NCBI GenBank assembly: GCA_035285865.1
Contig: JAYKHS010000016.1
Location: 25,695-89,694 of the forward strand
DNA length: 64,000 nt
DNA from: Candidatus Sericytochromatia bacterium
Lineage (GTDB): Bacteria; Cyanobacteriota; Sericytochromatia; S15B-MN24; VGJW01
Reading direction: 5' to 3'
Positions 47,457-58,652 of this stretch are shown here, in pieces. Each line of letters opens with the position of its first letter. Position 1 is the stretch's first letter. Position numbers and translations under genes: made by a program. Below the pieces are notes generated by a model. It was not told the origin of the DNA. It worked only from the letters and a program-made list of their open reading frames with translations, and made no database searches.

Positions 47457-48424
47457 TGACACCCGAGATCCACGTGCCCGCAGGCCTGCCCGACATCCGT
47501 CGCGTGCTGGGCCCCGGCGACGAAGCCCCCGCTTCTGCGGCCCTGCCCAAAGACGACCTCCTGGACATGCTCGGCGTCATGATCCGGACGCGCGTGCTGG
47601 ACGGTCGCCTGCGCCAGGCGCACCGTCAGGGTCGGATTGCCTTCCACTTGCCGCAGGAAGGCTCGGAGACGGTCTCGGCAGCTCTGGCCTTGGGCCTTGC
47701 TCCCGGGGACTGGCTGTTCCCCGGTAGCCGGGACATGGCCGCATTGGTGCAGCGCGGCGTTTCGGCCGAGGCCCTCGCCCATGCGGCCTTCGCCAACTCC
47801 GCCTCGTGCAGCCTGGGTCGCGCCCTGCCCATCTTCTTCAGCGACAACGCCCGTCGCATCGCCCCGACGGGTGCCACCGGCGCCACGCATCTGGTCCACG
47901 CCACGGGCGCGGCGTGGGCCGCCCGGCTGCAGGGCCGTCAGGACATCGCCGTCGCCGCGTTCGCGGACGGGGCACTGGCCTCGGGCGAGCTGCACGCAGC
48001 CTTCAACATCGCCAGCGTGCACCGCTGCGGCGTGGTGTTCGTCTGCCACAACCGCACCGGCCTGCCGCTGGGCGATCTGGGCTCGGGCTACGGCTTCCCC
48101 ACCCATACGGTCGATGCCTCGGATGCCCTCGCGCTGCGCGAGGCCATGGCGATGGCGGTCGATCGGGCCCGCGAGGGCAGGGGCCCCAGCCTGATCGACG
48201 CGGTCTACCCCTCGGCCGTCACGACGGCAGCCGGAACCGAACCCGCGCCGGACGGCCTCGCCCGCCTGCGTCGCCATCTCGAGGGCCTGGGCCTGTGGAC
48301 GGTTGCACGGGACCAGCAGGCCCACGCCGAGGCCCTTGCGACCGCCGAGGCGGCCTTGGCTGCGGCAGCCGCCGTGCCGGCACCCGAACCGTCCACCATG
48401 CTGACCGACCTTCCCGGAGCCTGA
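47456..48424 (+). CDS. 2-oxoacid dehydrogenase E1 alpha-like subunit with degenerate active site
   Basis: RQGRIAF, ADGALASGELHAAFN, GPSLIDAV; position directly before E1 beta. Confidence 0.85.
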   Translation: MTPEIHVPAGLPDIRRVLGPGDEAPASAALPKDDLLDMLGVMIRTRVLDGRLRQAHRQGRIAFHLPQEGSETVSAALALGLAPGDWLFPGSRDMAALVQRGVSAEALAHAAFANSASCSLGRALPIFFSDNARRIAPTGATGATHLVHATGAAWAARLQGRQDIAVAAFADGALASGELHAAFNIASVHRCGVVFVCHNRTGLPLGDLGSGYGFPTHTVDASDALALREAMAMAVDRAREGRGPSLIDAVYPSAVTTAAGTEPAPDGLARLRRHLEGLGLWTVARDQQAHAEALATAEAALAAAAAVPAPEPSTMLTDLPGA

Positions 48425-48427
48425 GCC

Positions 48428-49402
48428 ATGCCCACGCTGAACCTGCTGCAATCCATCGGCGACGCCCTCGACACCGCGATGGCCGCTGACGAGCGCATCG
48501 TGGTGATGGGCGAGGACGTCGGGGCCTTCGGGGGCGTGTTCCGCGCCACCAGCGGCCTCTTCCAGAAGTACGGCGAAGATCGCGTCATCGACACGCCCCT
48601 GACCGAAGCGGGCATCCTCGGCGCCGCCATCGGCATGGCCCTGAACGGCCTGCGCCCCGTGCCCGAGATCCAGTTCGCCGACTTCGTCTATCCGGCCTTC
48701 GATCAGATCGTCAACGAGCTGGCCAAGTACCGCTACCGCTCCGCCGGGCAGTATCCCTGCCCCGTCGTCGTCCGCATGCCCTTCGGCGGCGGCATCAAGG
48801 GCGGCCACTACCACAGCCAGAGTCCCGAGGCCTACTTCTGCCACACGCCCGGCCTGAAGGTCGTCGTGCCGAGCACGCCCGAGGACGCCAAGGGCCTGCT
48901 GCTCGCCTCGCTCGCCCAGGACGATCCGGTGATCTTCATGGAGCCCAAGCGTATGTACCGGGCCGCCCGCGGCGAGGTGCCCGAAGGCACCTTCCACGTG
49001 CCGATCGGCAAGGCCAAGGCCGTGCGCTCGGGCGACCACGCCACGGTCCTGTCGTGGGGCGCGATGGTGCATACGGCCATCGAGGCCGCCGACCTTCTGG
49101 CCGGCGAGGGCATCACGGTGGACCTGCTCGACCTGCGGACCCTGCTGCCGCTGGACCTCGAGGCCATCCTCACGTCGGTCACGAAGACGGGCCGCCTCGT
49201 CATCGTGCATGAGGCCCCGCGCACCGGCGGTTTTGCCGGCGAGATCGCCGCGCTCGTCGCCGAGCACGCGCTGACCTCCCTCGAAGCCCCGATCCTGCGG
49301 GTCACGGGCTACGACACGCCCTTCCCCTACGCACTCGAGCACCACTACCTGCCCGACGCCGCGCGCATTGCCCAGGCCGTCCGCCAGACGGTGGCATTCT
49401 AG
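48428..49402 (+). CDS. bkdA2: 2-oxoacid (branched-chain-type) dehydrogenase E1 beta
   Basis: GEDVG-FGGVFRAT, PEIQFADF, GGHYHSQSPE, EPKR; substrate specificity inferred. Confidence 0.92.
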   Translation: MPTLNLLQSIGDALDTAMAADERIVVMGEDVGAFGGVFRATSGLFQKYGEDRVIDTPLTEAGILGAAIGMALNGLRPVPEIQFADFVYPAFDQIVNELAKYRYRSAGQYPCPVVVRMPFGGGIKGGHYHSQSPEAYFCHTPGLKVVVPSTPEDAKGLLLASLAQDDPVIFMEPKRMYRAARGEVPEGTFHVPIGKAKAVRSGDHATVLSWGAMVHTAIEAADLLAGEGITVDLLDLRTLLPLDLEAILTSVTKTGRLVIVHEAPRTGGFAGEIAALVAEHALTSLEAPILRVTGYDTPFPYALEHHYLPDAARIAQAVRQTVAF

Positions 49403-49427
49403 GCACCCAAGGAGACCGGAGACCCCC

Positions 49428-50828
49428 ATGTCCGACGACCGCATGTACGACTTCGCCCTGCCGGATCTCGGCGAGGGTGTCATCGAGGGTGAACTGGTCA
49501 AGTTCCTCGTCAACGAGGGCGATCAGGTCGAGGCTGACCAGCCGCTGCTGCAGGTCATGACCGACAAGGCCACCGTCGAGATCCCGTCGCCGCGCAAGGC
49601 CCGTGTCGTGGCCTTCAAGGCCGAGGAGGGCCAGATCGTCCCGGTCGGTTCCGTCATGGTCACGCTGGAGCTTGCCGAAGGCGAGTCCCGGCCGATCACG
49701 ATGCATCACGCCCCCCCGCCGGGTGCCTCGACAGCCCCCGCTGCGCCGGCTCCGGCCCCCAAGGCGCCCGAGCCCCTGCCGCCGGCTCCGGTCGCTGCTC
49801 CGCCGGCACCGGCTCCGATGCCGCTGCCGCCCGCGCCCGTGGCACCGCCCGTCGTGCCTGCCGTGGCGGTTGCTGCCGCCGTCGCGGCCCCCGCGACCAA
49901 CGGCAAGGTGCTGGCCACGCCGGCCACGCGCCAGCTGGCCCGGACCATGGGCGTGGACATCTCCGGAGTGCCCGGCAGCGGCCCTGCCGGTCGGGTCACG
50001 CGTGAGGACGTGATGGCCGCTGGCGGTGGTTCTGCCGCGGTGTCAGCGCCCGTCGCGGCACCTGTGGCGGCGCCAGCCGCAGCACCGGCCGCAAAAGCCG
50101 GCCTTTCCCCGGTGGCCTCGTGGGACGGCGATGAGCGCCGGCCCCTGCGCGGCCTGCGTCGCAAGATTGCCGAGAAGATGGTGCAGAGTGCCTTCACGGC
50201 GCCGCATGTCACCCACTTCGACGAGGTGGACATGACGGCTCTGGTCGCGCTGCGGACCCGCCTGAAGCCGCTGGCGGACGCTCGCGGCCTCAAGTTGTCC
50301 TACATGCCCTTCATCATCAAGGCCGCCATCGCGACCTGCCGCAAACTGCCTTTCTTCAACGCGCACTTCGACGACGCCACGCAGGAACTGGTCCTCCGCA
50401 AGCCTTTCCACATCGGCTTCGCGGCCCAGACCGACAACGGCCTCATGGTCCCCGTGGTGCGCGATGCCCAGGACAAGAGCCTGCTGGACCTCGCCGAGAG
50501 CATCCAGGCCATCGCGGCCCGGGCGCGCGAGGGCAAGGCGCCGATGGACGAACTGACAGGCAGCACGCTGACGATCTCGAACGTCGGCAGCCTGGGCGGG
50601 CTCTTCGCCACGCCCATCCTGAACTACCCCGAGGTGGCCATCCTGGGTGTGAACAAGATCCAGAAGCGTCCCGTGGTGCGCGACGGCGCCGTCGTGGTGC
50701 GCGACATGATGTACCTGGGCCTGTCTTTCGATCACCGCGTCATCGACGGTGCGGATGCCGTGGCCTTCGTCAACCAGATGATCGCCTACCTGGAACAGCC
50801 GGATCTGCTCTTCGTGGACATGGTCTGA
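49428..50828 (+). CDS. bkdB: dihydrolipoamide acyltransferase E2
   Basis: one lipoyl domain (TDKA), ATPATR subunit-binding domain, DHRVIDG. Confidence 0.94.
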   Translation: MSDDRMYDFALPDLGEGVIEGELVKFLVNEGDQVEADQPLLQVMTDKATVEIPSPRKARVVAFKAEEGQIVPVGSVMVTLELAEGESRPITMHHAPPPGASTAPAAPAPAPKAPEPLPPAPVAAPPAPAPMPLPPAPVAPPVVPAVAVAAAVAAPATNGKVLATPATRQLARTMGVDISGVPGSGPAGRVTREDVMAAGGGSAAVSAPVAAPVAAPAAAPAAKAGLSPVASWDGDERRPLRGLRRKIAEKMVQSAFTAPHVTHFDEVDMTALVALRTRLKPLADARGLKLSYMPFIIKAAIATCRKLPFFNAHFDDATQELVLRKPFHIGFAAQTDNGLMVPVVRDAQDKSLLDLAESIQAIAARAREGKAPMDELTGSTLTISNVGSLGGLFATPILNYPEVAILGVNKIQKRPVVRDGAVVVRDMMYLGLSFDHRVIDGADAVAFVNQMIAYLEQPDLLFVDMV

Positions 50829-50842
50829 CGGACGGCAAGCGG

Positions 50843-51460
50843 ATGCGGGCCCTCCCTCTCGCCCTCGCCCTGGTCGCCGGCGGCATGCCGGCAGCCCGGC
50901 CGGCCCTTGCGGCTGTACCGGTGCCGGCAGCGCGGAGCGTGCCTCATCCCCTCGCCCGCAGCGTCACGCTGGCGCCGTTGCTCGACCGGACGGGGCTTCC
51001 CGAGGTCGAGGTCTGGGCCCGCCAGACCCAGGACCTGCTGGCGCCGGATACCCTGCCGCTGCGCACGATCGGCCCGGCGGACGCCCTCGCCATGACGCGG
51101 TCGGCGGGCCGCAACGACTGGGAGCAGCGTTGGCAGGCCGTTCAGGTCAACCCCTCGGCCCCGGCCTTCCGGGCGATGATCCGGGAGCTGGCGGTGGCGA
51201 CGGGTACGGACCAGATCCTGGTCCAGGAGCTGCTCGGCCTTGCCCGGGTGGCCAACCCCGAGACGGGCCTGGCGAGCGATCTGGACGTGGCTTACCGGCA
51301 GACCCTCCTCGAAGCCCGTACGGGTGCGGTGGTCTGGCAGGGGGACTCGTCCTTCGCCCTGCCTGTGCGTGATGGCGACGCCGAGCCCGCCGTGCGCAAG
51401 GCCCTTTTCGAGACGATGAAGGCATCCCTCGGCGACTGTCCCTGGAGGACCGTGCGATGA
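50843..51460 (+). CDS. hypothetical exported protein (TolB-N/CsgG-like alpha/beta fold)
   Basis: signal peptide; VTLAPLLDRT...LLEARTGAVVWQG. Confidence 0.65.
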   Translation: MRALPLALALVAGGMPAARPALAAVPVPAARSVPHPLARSVTLAPLLDRTGLPEVEVWARQTQDLLAPDTLPLRTIGPADALAMTRSAGRNDWEQRWQAVQVNPSAPAFRAMIRELAVATGTDQILVQELLGLARVANPETGLASDLDVAYRQTLLEARTGAVVWQGDSSFALPVRDGDAEPAVRKALFETMKASLGDCPWRTVR

Positions 51461-52089
51461 CCAGGTCCCTTCTGGCCCCCTGCCTGATGGCGGTGCTTGC
51501 GCTCACGGGCTGCTTCGGCCGTCAGGCCTCCCCGAAGCCCGAGGCCGCGGACGGCACGGTCGAGGCCGTGACGGCGGATCGCCCGCAGGCCCTGCGTCGT
51601 GTCGCCGTGCTGCCGATCCTGAACCGGACGGACGAGGCCGAGGCTCCGGTGCGGGTCGCGAGCGAACTGGGCCGCCAGCTCGCGGGCATCAAGGACCTGA
51701 AAATCGTCGCCCCCGAAGAGGCACGCAAGAAGCTGGCCCCGATGTACGAGACCGGCATGATCGGCCGCTTCGTGACGGATCTGGATGAGGACCGCCGCAC
51801 CTCGGCCGACCTCGCGCGCCTGGTGGGGGCCGGGCTGGGCGTCGACGGAGTCCTCGTGGCGACCGTGACGCTCTATCAGCAGTTCACCGACCGCTTCCCC
51901 GACGGCAACCCCGGCGAGGCCGCCACCACCATCGTGGCGGTTCAGGGAGCCGTCGTGGACACCCTGACCGGCCGTACCGCGTGGAGCAACGCCGTGCTCG
52001 AGCGCGTGCGCGGCGGCCGGGACTATCCCCCGTACGACCGGACGGTGGAATCCGCCGTCCGCAACCTGCTGGCCACCTGGCCCCGCTGA
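51457..52089 (+). CDS. lipoprotein with CsgG/LpoB-like fold
   Basis: lipobox LTGC; VAVLPILN, GVDGVLVATV, VDTLTGRTAW. Confidence 0.75.
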   Translation: MTRSLLAPCLMAVLALTGCFGRQASPKPEAADGTVEAVTADRPQALRRVAVLPILNRTDEAEAPVRVASELGRQLAGIKDLKIVAPEEARKKLAPMYETGMIGRFVTDLDEDRRTSADLARLVGAGLGVDGVLVATVTLYQQFTDRFPDGNPGEAATTIVAVQGAVVDTLTGRTAWSNAVLERVRGGRDYPPYDRTVESAVRNLLATWPR

Positions 52090-52110
52090 TCCCCTTTCAG
52101 GAGTTTCACC

Positions 52111-53529
<1,419 letters not shown>

Positions 53530-53542
53530 GACCCCCGCCTCC

Positions 53543-56500
53543 GTGGCGCGTCACGACTGGGTCGTCGTCGGCCATGAGACCGAGGCTGTCCTTGCCGCCG
53601 TCGCCGGCGCCCGCCTCGGACTCGACACCGTGCTGGTGGCTCCCCCCGGCCGGATGCTGGGCGGCCTGCTCACGGAGGGCGGCTTGGCCTTCGTCGATCG
53701 CGATTCCCGTCATCTGACGCCGCCGGAGGCCACGCTCGACGACGGCCTCTTCGGGCAGTTCCTGGCCCGGGCCGGCGTGGCCCTGGTAGCCCTCGACCCC
53801 GATCGGGGGGCAGCCACCCTCGGGGCCATGCTGCAGGAAGCGGGCGTCCTCGTGGTCCGGGGGACTTGGCAACAGACGCGGTCGACGCCCTCCGCCGAGG
53901 GTCTCGTGCTGGACGCCCTCGAGGTCGACGGCACGTGGATCGAAGGCCGGACGTTCCTCGACGGCACGGCCGACGGAGATCTGGCCGAGGTTCTGGGCGT
54001 GCCGTTCGCGACGGGCTTCACCGAGCACGGCACGGACCGGGTGCTGGGCATCAGCCCCTTGCCAAGGGTGCGCGGCGTGCCGGTCGAGACCATCATGGCC
54101 ACCTGCCGGGAGCTTGCCGGGGATCCCGACCTCGAGGCCCGCAAGCAGGCGGCCTTCGGGGCACGGCGCTTCCTGGAACTGGATGCCGGGGACGACTGGA
54201 TCCTGGTCGGGCCGCCCTATCTGGCGCTGGCCTTCCAGCGCTGGCGCGAGCAGGTCGGCGAGCCTTGCGCGATGGGCTTCGAGGCCGACGGCTTCAACGT
54301 GGCCGTGCTCGGTCCGGAAGACACCAGCTGGAATGGCCTCATCTACCATGTCGCCGATCCGGAGCAGCGCCTCAAGTGGTCCCGGGAAGGGGCCGACGCG
54401 ACGATGAGGGCCGAAGTGGCGCTTTTCGGGCGCTTCCTCCGCGAGGGGCTGGGCTGGAGCCGCGCCGAGGTCGCGTGTCCCCCGGGCCTGTATGTCCGGC
54501 AGACCCGCCACGCCCGCCGCACCCGGCACCTGCTGGGCCTGACCGAGATTGCCTCGGGACCCGCGCTGCCTCGTGTGGGCACCTTCTGCTACTGGCCGGA
54601 CTTCCGCGGCTTTGCCGTGACCCCGACGCAAGGGCCGCTGGTGGCACCGGTCGTGCCCGGTGCCGGCTGGCTCGCGGACTGGACCAACGTCGGCATGGCG
54701 AGCCGGTCTGCGGGCTACACGGCCCCGGCACACGCCCTGTGCCGGCTGGTGCAATACAACGTCGTCATGGGCACCGGCCTGGCCGCAGCCGTCGCCGTGC
54801 ATCTGGGCCGGCGCGGCCCCGGGCCGACCGGAACCCTTGCCGCGGACGAGCCTGCCGAGACGCTGCGCGCCGTGCTGGCGGAAGCCGGATTGGCCAACGA
54901 CGATCTCGCGGGGCTGGACGAGACGCCAGGCCGAGCCACGGGACTGGCCGACGATCCGCTGGTCCGGGGAGAGGCAGCCCTGCTGGCGTGCGGTGGGGAC
55001 GGGGCCGGGGCACCCCGCGGGACGGGAGGCGAGCGACGGCAGGATTGGCTGAAGCGCGTGCGCATGGACCTTGCGGGAAGCCGACCCGTCATGGACGGGC
55101 CCTTCGGGCCGCGGCAAATGGTCTACGCCGACGACATCGCCACCGGACGCGCGCTGGGCTTCCTCGAGGACCGGCTGCGGACGATGCTGCTGCCGCTGCA
55201 TGCCAATCCCCACTCCGAGGCCTCGGCCGTCGGCATGGCCTCGGGCCGCTGGCGCGAGCAGGCCCGCGATCTGGTCGCCCGGGCGCTGGGCGCAGGTCCC
55301 GAGCACGCAGTCCTGTTCACCGGATCCGGCTCGACGGCGGCGGTGGACCGCTTCGTGGGCATCCTCGGCTGGAAGCTGCCGACGGACCCCGAACTGGCCG
55401 AGCGCCTGCGGCGCGGGCTGTCGCCTGCGGAGCGCCCCGTCGTGCTGCTGGGTCCGTGGGAGCATCACTCGAACGAACTGCCATGGCGCGAATCCATCGC
55501 CGAGGTCGAGACCCTTCCGGAAGGCCCGGACGGCCAGCCCGACCGGGAAGCGCTTGTCGAGGCGCTTGCGCGCCACGCTGGCCGGCGGGTCCTGGGCTCG
55601 TTCTCGGCCGCCAGCAACGTGACGGGCCAGAAGGCGGACGTGGCGGAGCTGGCGACGCTGCTGCACCGGGGCGGCGCGCTGGCCTGCGTGGACGCCGCTG
55701 CGGCAGGTCCCTACCTGCGCTATGCCATGGCGCCTGCCGACCGGCCCGAGCGCGGCCTGGACGCCCTGTTCATGTCGATGCACAAATTCGTGGGCGGCCC
55801 CGGGACACCGGGCGTGCTGGCCCTTCGGCGGGACCTGGTGCGCCACCCGGTTCCGGCCGTCCCCGGCGGAGGCACCGTCGCCTATGTGGGGCCCTCGGAA
55901 CATCGGTACCTGCTGGACCCGGTGCGCCGCGAGGAAGGCGGCACGCCGGACGTGCCGGGCGCGGTGCGGGCCGGGCTCTGCATGGTCGTGCGGGACCGCG
56001 TCGGCATGCCCGTCATCGAGGCGCTCGAGCACGACATGGTCGCGCGAGGGCGAGCGGTCTGGGGACGGCACCCCGGACTGGTGGTGCTGGGCTCGGACAC
56101 GGCCGACCGCCTGCCGTTCTTCAGCATGCTGGTCCGGCACGGAGACGGCTTCCTGCACCATGGCTTCGTCGTGGTGCTGCTCAGCGACCTCTTCGGCATC
56201 CAGGCCCGGGGCGGCTGTTCGTGCGCCGGCCCCTACGGCCATCGCCTGCTGGGCATCGACGAAAACACCAGCCGACGCTTCGAGCGTGCCATCGCCGACG
56301 GTCACGAAGTCCTGAAACCGGGCTGGGTGCGTCTGGGCCTGCACTGGAGCCAGGACGAGGAGACGGTGGCCATGCTGCTCGATGCGATGCGCTTCGTGGC
56401 CGACCACGGCTGGAAGTTCCTGCCGCAGTACCACGTCGATCCCGCGAACGGCCGATGGACCCATCGCTTCCGGTCCCGTCCCGAGGTAGCACCCATGGAT

Positions 56501-56755
56501 GCGTGGCTGGACCCGCCCGGCACCGCCCCTGCTCCGGTGCTGACGGCACCCGGCCTGCGGGAAGTGCTGGAGCGCGCCCGAACCCTTGCGGAGGCGGCCG
56601 CGGCCGAAGCCGGGCAGTTGGCCCCCTTGCCCACCCAGGCCCTGCCGCCGGACATCGACGACCTGCGCTGGTTCCCGTGGCCTCACGAAGTCCTGGCCGG
56701 CTGGCAGGCCGGGGACAGACTGCCGGCACCGACCGTGCCTTTCCGGATGGCCTGA
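53543..56755 (+). CDS. fusion of FAD-dependent oxidoreductase-like domain and class V PLP aminotransferase (cysteine desulfurase-like)
   Basis: N-half: VVVG...AARLG...LGGLLTEGGL, DGTADGDLA, LYVRQTRH; C-half: YADDIATGR, EHHSNELPW, SNVTG, SMHKFVGG, RGGCSCAGPY, KPGWVR. Confidence 0.85.
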   Translation: MARHDWVVVGHETEAVLAAVAGARLGLDTVLVAPPGRMLGGLLTEGGLAFVDRDSRHLTPPEATLDDGLFGQFLARAGVALVALDPDRGAATLGAMLQEAGVLVVRGTWQQTRSTPSAEGLVLDALEVDGTWIEGRTFLDGTADGDLAEVLGVPFATGFTEHGTDRVLGISPLPRVRGVPVETIMATCRELAGDPDLEARKQAAFGARRFLELDAGDDWILVGPPYLALAFQRWREQVGEPCAMGFEADGFNVAVLGPEDTSWNGLIYHVADPEQRLKWSREGADATMRAEVALFGRFLREGLGWSRAEVACPPGLYVRQTRHARRTRHLLGLTEIASGPALPRVGTFCYWPDFRGFAVTPTQGPLVAPVVPGAGWLADWTNVGMASRSAGYTAPAHALCRLVQYNVVMGTGLAAAVAVHLGRRGPGPTGTLAADEPAETLRAVLAEAGLANDDLAGLDETPGRATGLADDPLVRGEAALLACGGDGAGAPRGTGGERRQDWLKRVRMDLAGSRPVMDGPFGPRQMVYADDIATGRALGFLEDRLRTMLLPLHANPHSEASAVGMASGRWREQARDLVARALGAGPEHAVLFTGSGSTAAVDRFVGILGWKLPTDPELAERLRRGLSPAERPVVLLGPWEHHSNELPWRESIAEVETLPEGPDGQPDREALVEALARHAGRRVLGSFSAASNVTGQKADVAELATLLHRGGALACVDAAAAGPYLRYAMAPADRPERGLDALFMSMHKFVGGPGTPGVLALRRDLVRHPVPAVPGGGTVAYVGPSEHRYLLDPVRREEGGTPDVPGAVRAGLCMVVRDRVGMPVIEALEHDMVARGRAVWGRHPGLVVLGSDTADRLPFFSMLVRHGDGFLHHGFVVVLLSDLFGIQARGGCSCAGPYGHRLLGIDENTSRRFERAIADGHEVLKPGWVRLGLHWSQDEETVAMLLDAMRFVADHGWKFLPQYHVDPANGRWTHRFRSRPEVAPMDAWLDPPGTAPAPVLTAPGLREVLERARTLAEAAAAEAGQLAPLPTQALPPDIDDLRWFPWPHEVLAGWQAGDRLPAPTVPFRMA

Positions 56756-56760
56756 CGCCG

Positions 56761-57663
56761 ATGCGGGTTGCGCGTGCGCTCCTCGCGCCGACGGCATGCC
56801 GCGCTTGGGCGGCGGCCATCGCGGCGGTGCTGCTGGCCGCCGCCGTGTTGCCAGCAAGGGCCGCAACCGAAGTGCGGGACGACCGGGGCAAGGTCATCCG
56901 CTTCGCGTCGCCTCCGCGGCGGATCGTGAGCGTCCTGCCGTCTCTGACCGAGACCGTGGCTGCGCTCGGGGGCGTCGATCGCCTGGTGGGCACCGACCGG
57001 TACTCGGACTGGCCCGAGACCGTGCGCGCACTGCCCAAGGTCGGCGGGGGCATCGACCCCAATCTGGAGGCCATCGTCGCGCTCAAGCCGGACTGCGTGT
57101 TGATTGCCCCCTCGGCCCGCGTCAGCCGACGCCTGGAGCAACTGGGCCTGCGGGTCGTGGCCCTCGAGCCCAAGACCCATGCCGATGTCCGGCGCGTCAC
57201 CCGCGTCGTGGGCACGTTGCTGGGCAGCCCGTCGACGCAACGCCTGCTCGCCGACATGGACAGGGGCCTCGCGGCGGCGGCGGCACGGGTGCCCGCAAGG
57301 GTCCGGGGCCTGCGGGCCTATGTCGAGGTGGACCAGACGCCCTACGCCGCCAGCAGCGGCTCGTTCCTGGGCGAGACGCTGGCAAGGCTTGGGCTGGCCA
57401 ACATCGTCCCCGCGTCGATGGGTCCCTTCCCGCACCTGAACCCCGAGTTCGTGGTGGCGGCCAACCCCGCGATCATCCTGATGGCCGGGGGCAGTGCCGC
57501 CGAGTTGTCCGCGCGACCCGGCTGGAAACGCATCGATGCCGTGCGCGCGGGCCGGGTCCGAGTCTTCGACCGGCAGGAGGGCGACGTACTGGTGCGGCCA
57601 GGCCCGCGCCTCGCCGAAGCCGCCGCCCTGCTGGCCGATGCCCTGGCGGTGCTCGCACCTTGA
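56761..57663 (+). CDS. btuF: cobalamin ABC transporter substrate-binding protein
   Basis: signal peptide, RRIVSVLPSLTE, NLEAIVALKPD, RPGPRL. Confidence 0.88.
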   Translation: MRVARALLAPTACRAWAAAIAAVLLAAAVLPARAATEVRDDRGKVIRFASPPRRIVSVLPSLTETVAALGGVDRLVGTDRYSDWPETVRALPKVGGGIDPNLEAIVALKPDCVLIAPSARVSRRLEQLGLRVVALEPKTHADVRRVTRVVGTLLGSPSTQRLLADMDRGLAAAAARVPARVRGLRAYVEVDQTPYAASSGSFLGETLARLGLANIVPASMGPFPHLNPEFVVAANPAIILMAGGSAAELSARPGWKRIDAVRAGRVRVFDRQEGDVLVRPGPRLAEAAALLADALAVLAP

Positions 57664-58652
57664 ACGCACGCCTGCCAGCGCTTCTGGCCCTCCTGACGGT
57701 CACGCTGGGCCTGCTGGGTCTGTGCCTGGGGGCCACGGGCTGGTCGTGGCCGTGGCAGGCGGGGACCGATCCCGTCATCCTGTGGGAGTTGCGCATGCCG
57801 CGCACGGCCGGAGCGTGGCTGGCCGGTGGGCTTCTGGGGCTCACGGGGGCCATCGCACAGGGGTTGTTCCGCAATCCGCTGGCCGACCCCTACCTGCTGG
57901 GCAGTGCATCCGGTGCTTCGCTGGGCGTGGCGGCCGTGCTGGCCGTCGGCGGGACCGCGGGAGCGGAAGCGATGGCCGCCGGTTCGTGGCTGATTCGGCT
58001 CGGGCTCACGGGCGCCGCCTTTCTCGGGGCCATCGGGGCCGTGCTGCTGACGCTGGTGCTGGCCCAGGGCCTGGCCCACACGTTGCGCTTGCTGCTGGCG
58101 GGCGTCATCGTGGGCGTCGTCCTGGGCGCCATGACCTCGCTGCTGGGTCTTGCCGTACCCGCCATCGCCCCGGCGCTGCAGGCCTTCATGGTCGGCAGCA
58201 CGGGTCTCTTGGGCTGGACTTCGGTGGCCCTGCTGGCTGCGGTGCTGGTCACGGGCCTCGCCGTGTCCATCGTGCTCGGACCTTGGCTGGACGCGCTGTC
58301 CCTCGGGGAAGAGACGGCTGCCAGCCTGGGCCTTCCGGTCGGGATGCTGCGCGCAGCCCTGCTCGCCGTCCTGGCGCTGGGCACGGGCACCGTCGTGGCC
58401 CAGGCGGGACTCGTCGCCTTCGTCGGCCTTGCCGCCCCGCATGCGGTCCGTGCCGTGGCCCGCCTGACGCACCGACCGCTGCTGGTGGCCTCATCGCTGA
58501 TGGGCGGCGTGCTGCTGCTGGCCGCGGACCTGCTGTCCCGCTGGCTGCTGGCCCCTCAGGAACTGCCCGTGGGCATCCTGACGTCCTGCCTGGGGGGCGG
58601 GTACCTGCTGTGGTGGATGCGCCGCCAGAGCCGCGGGGCCGGGGCCGCATGA
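57660..58652 (+). CDS. btuC: FecCD/BtuC-family ABC permease
   Basis: LRMPR, QGLFRNPLADP, LGEETAASLG, FVGLAAPH, ELPVG; TTG start. Confidence 0.9.
   Translation: MNARLPALLALLTVTLGLLGLCLGATGWSWPWQAGTDPVILWELRMPRTAGAWLAGGLLGLTGAIAQGLFRNPLADPYLLGSASGASLGVAAVLAVGGTAGAEAMAAGSWLIRLGLTGAAFLGAIGAVLLTLVLAQGLAHTLRLLLAGVIVGVVLGAMTSLLGLAVPAIAPALQAFMVGSTGLLGWTSVALLAAVLVTGLAVSIVLGPWLDALSLGEETAASLGLPVGMLRAALLAVLALGTGTVVAQAGLVAFVGLAAPHAVRAVARLTHRPLLVASSLMGGVLLLAADLLSRWLLAPQELPVGILTSCLGGGYLLWWMRRQSRGAGAA

Noticed and set aside
56700..56760. Cobalamin riboswitch before btuF
   Set aside because: Only 5 intergenic nt and no B12-box-like sequence seen.
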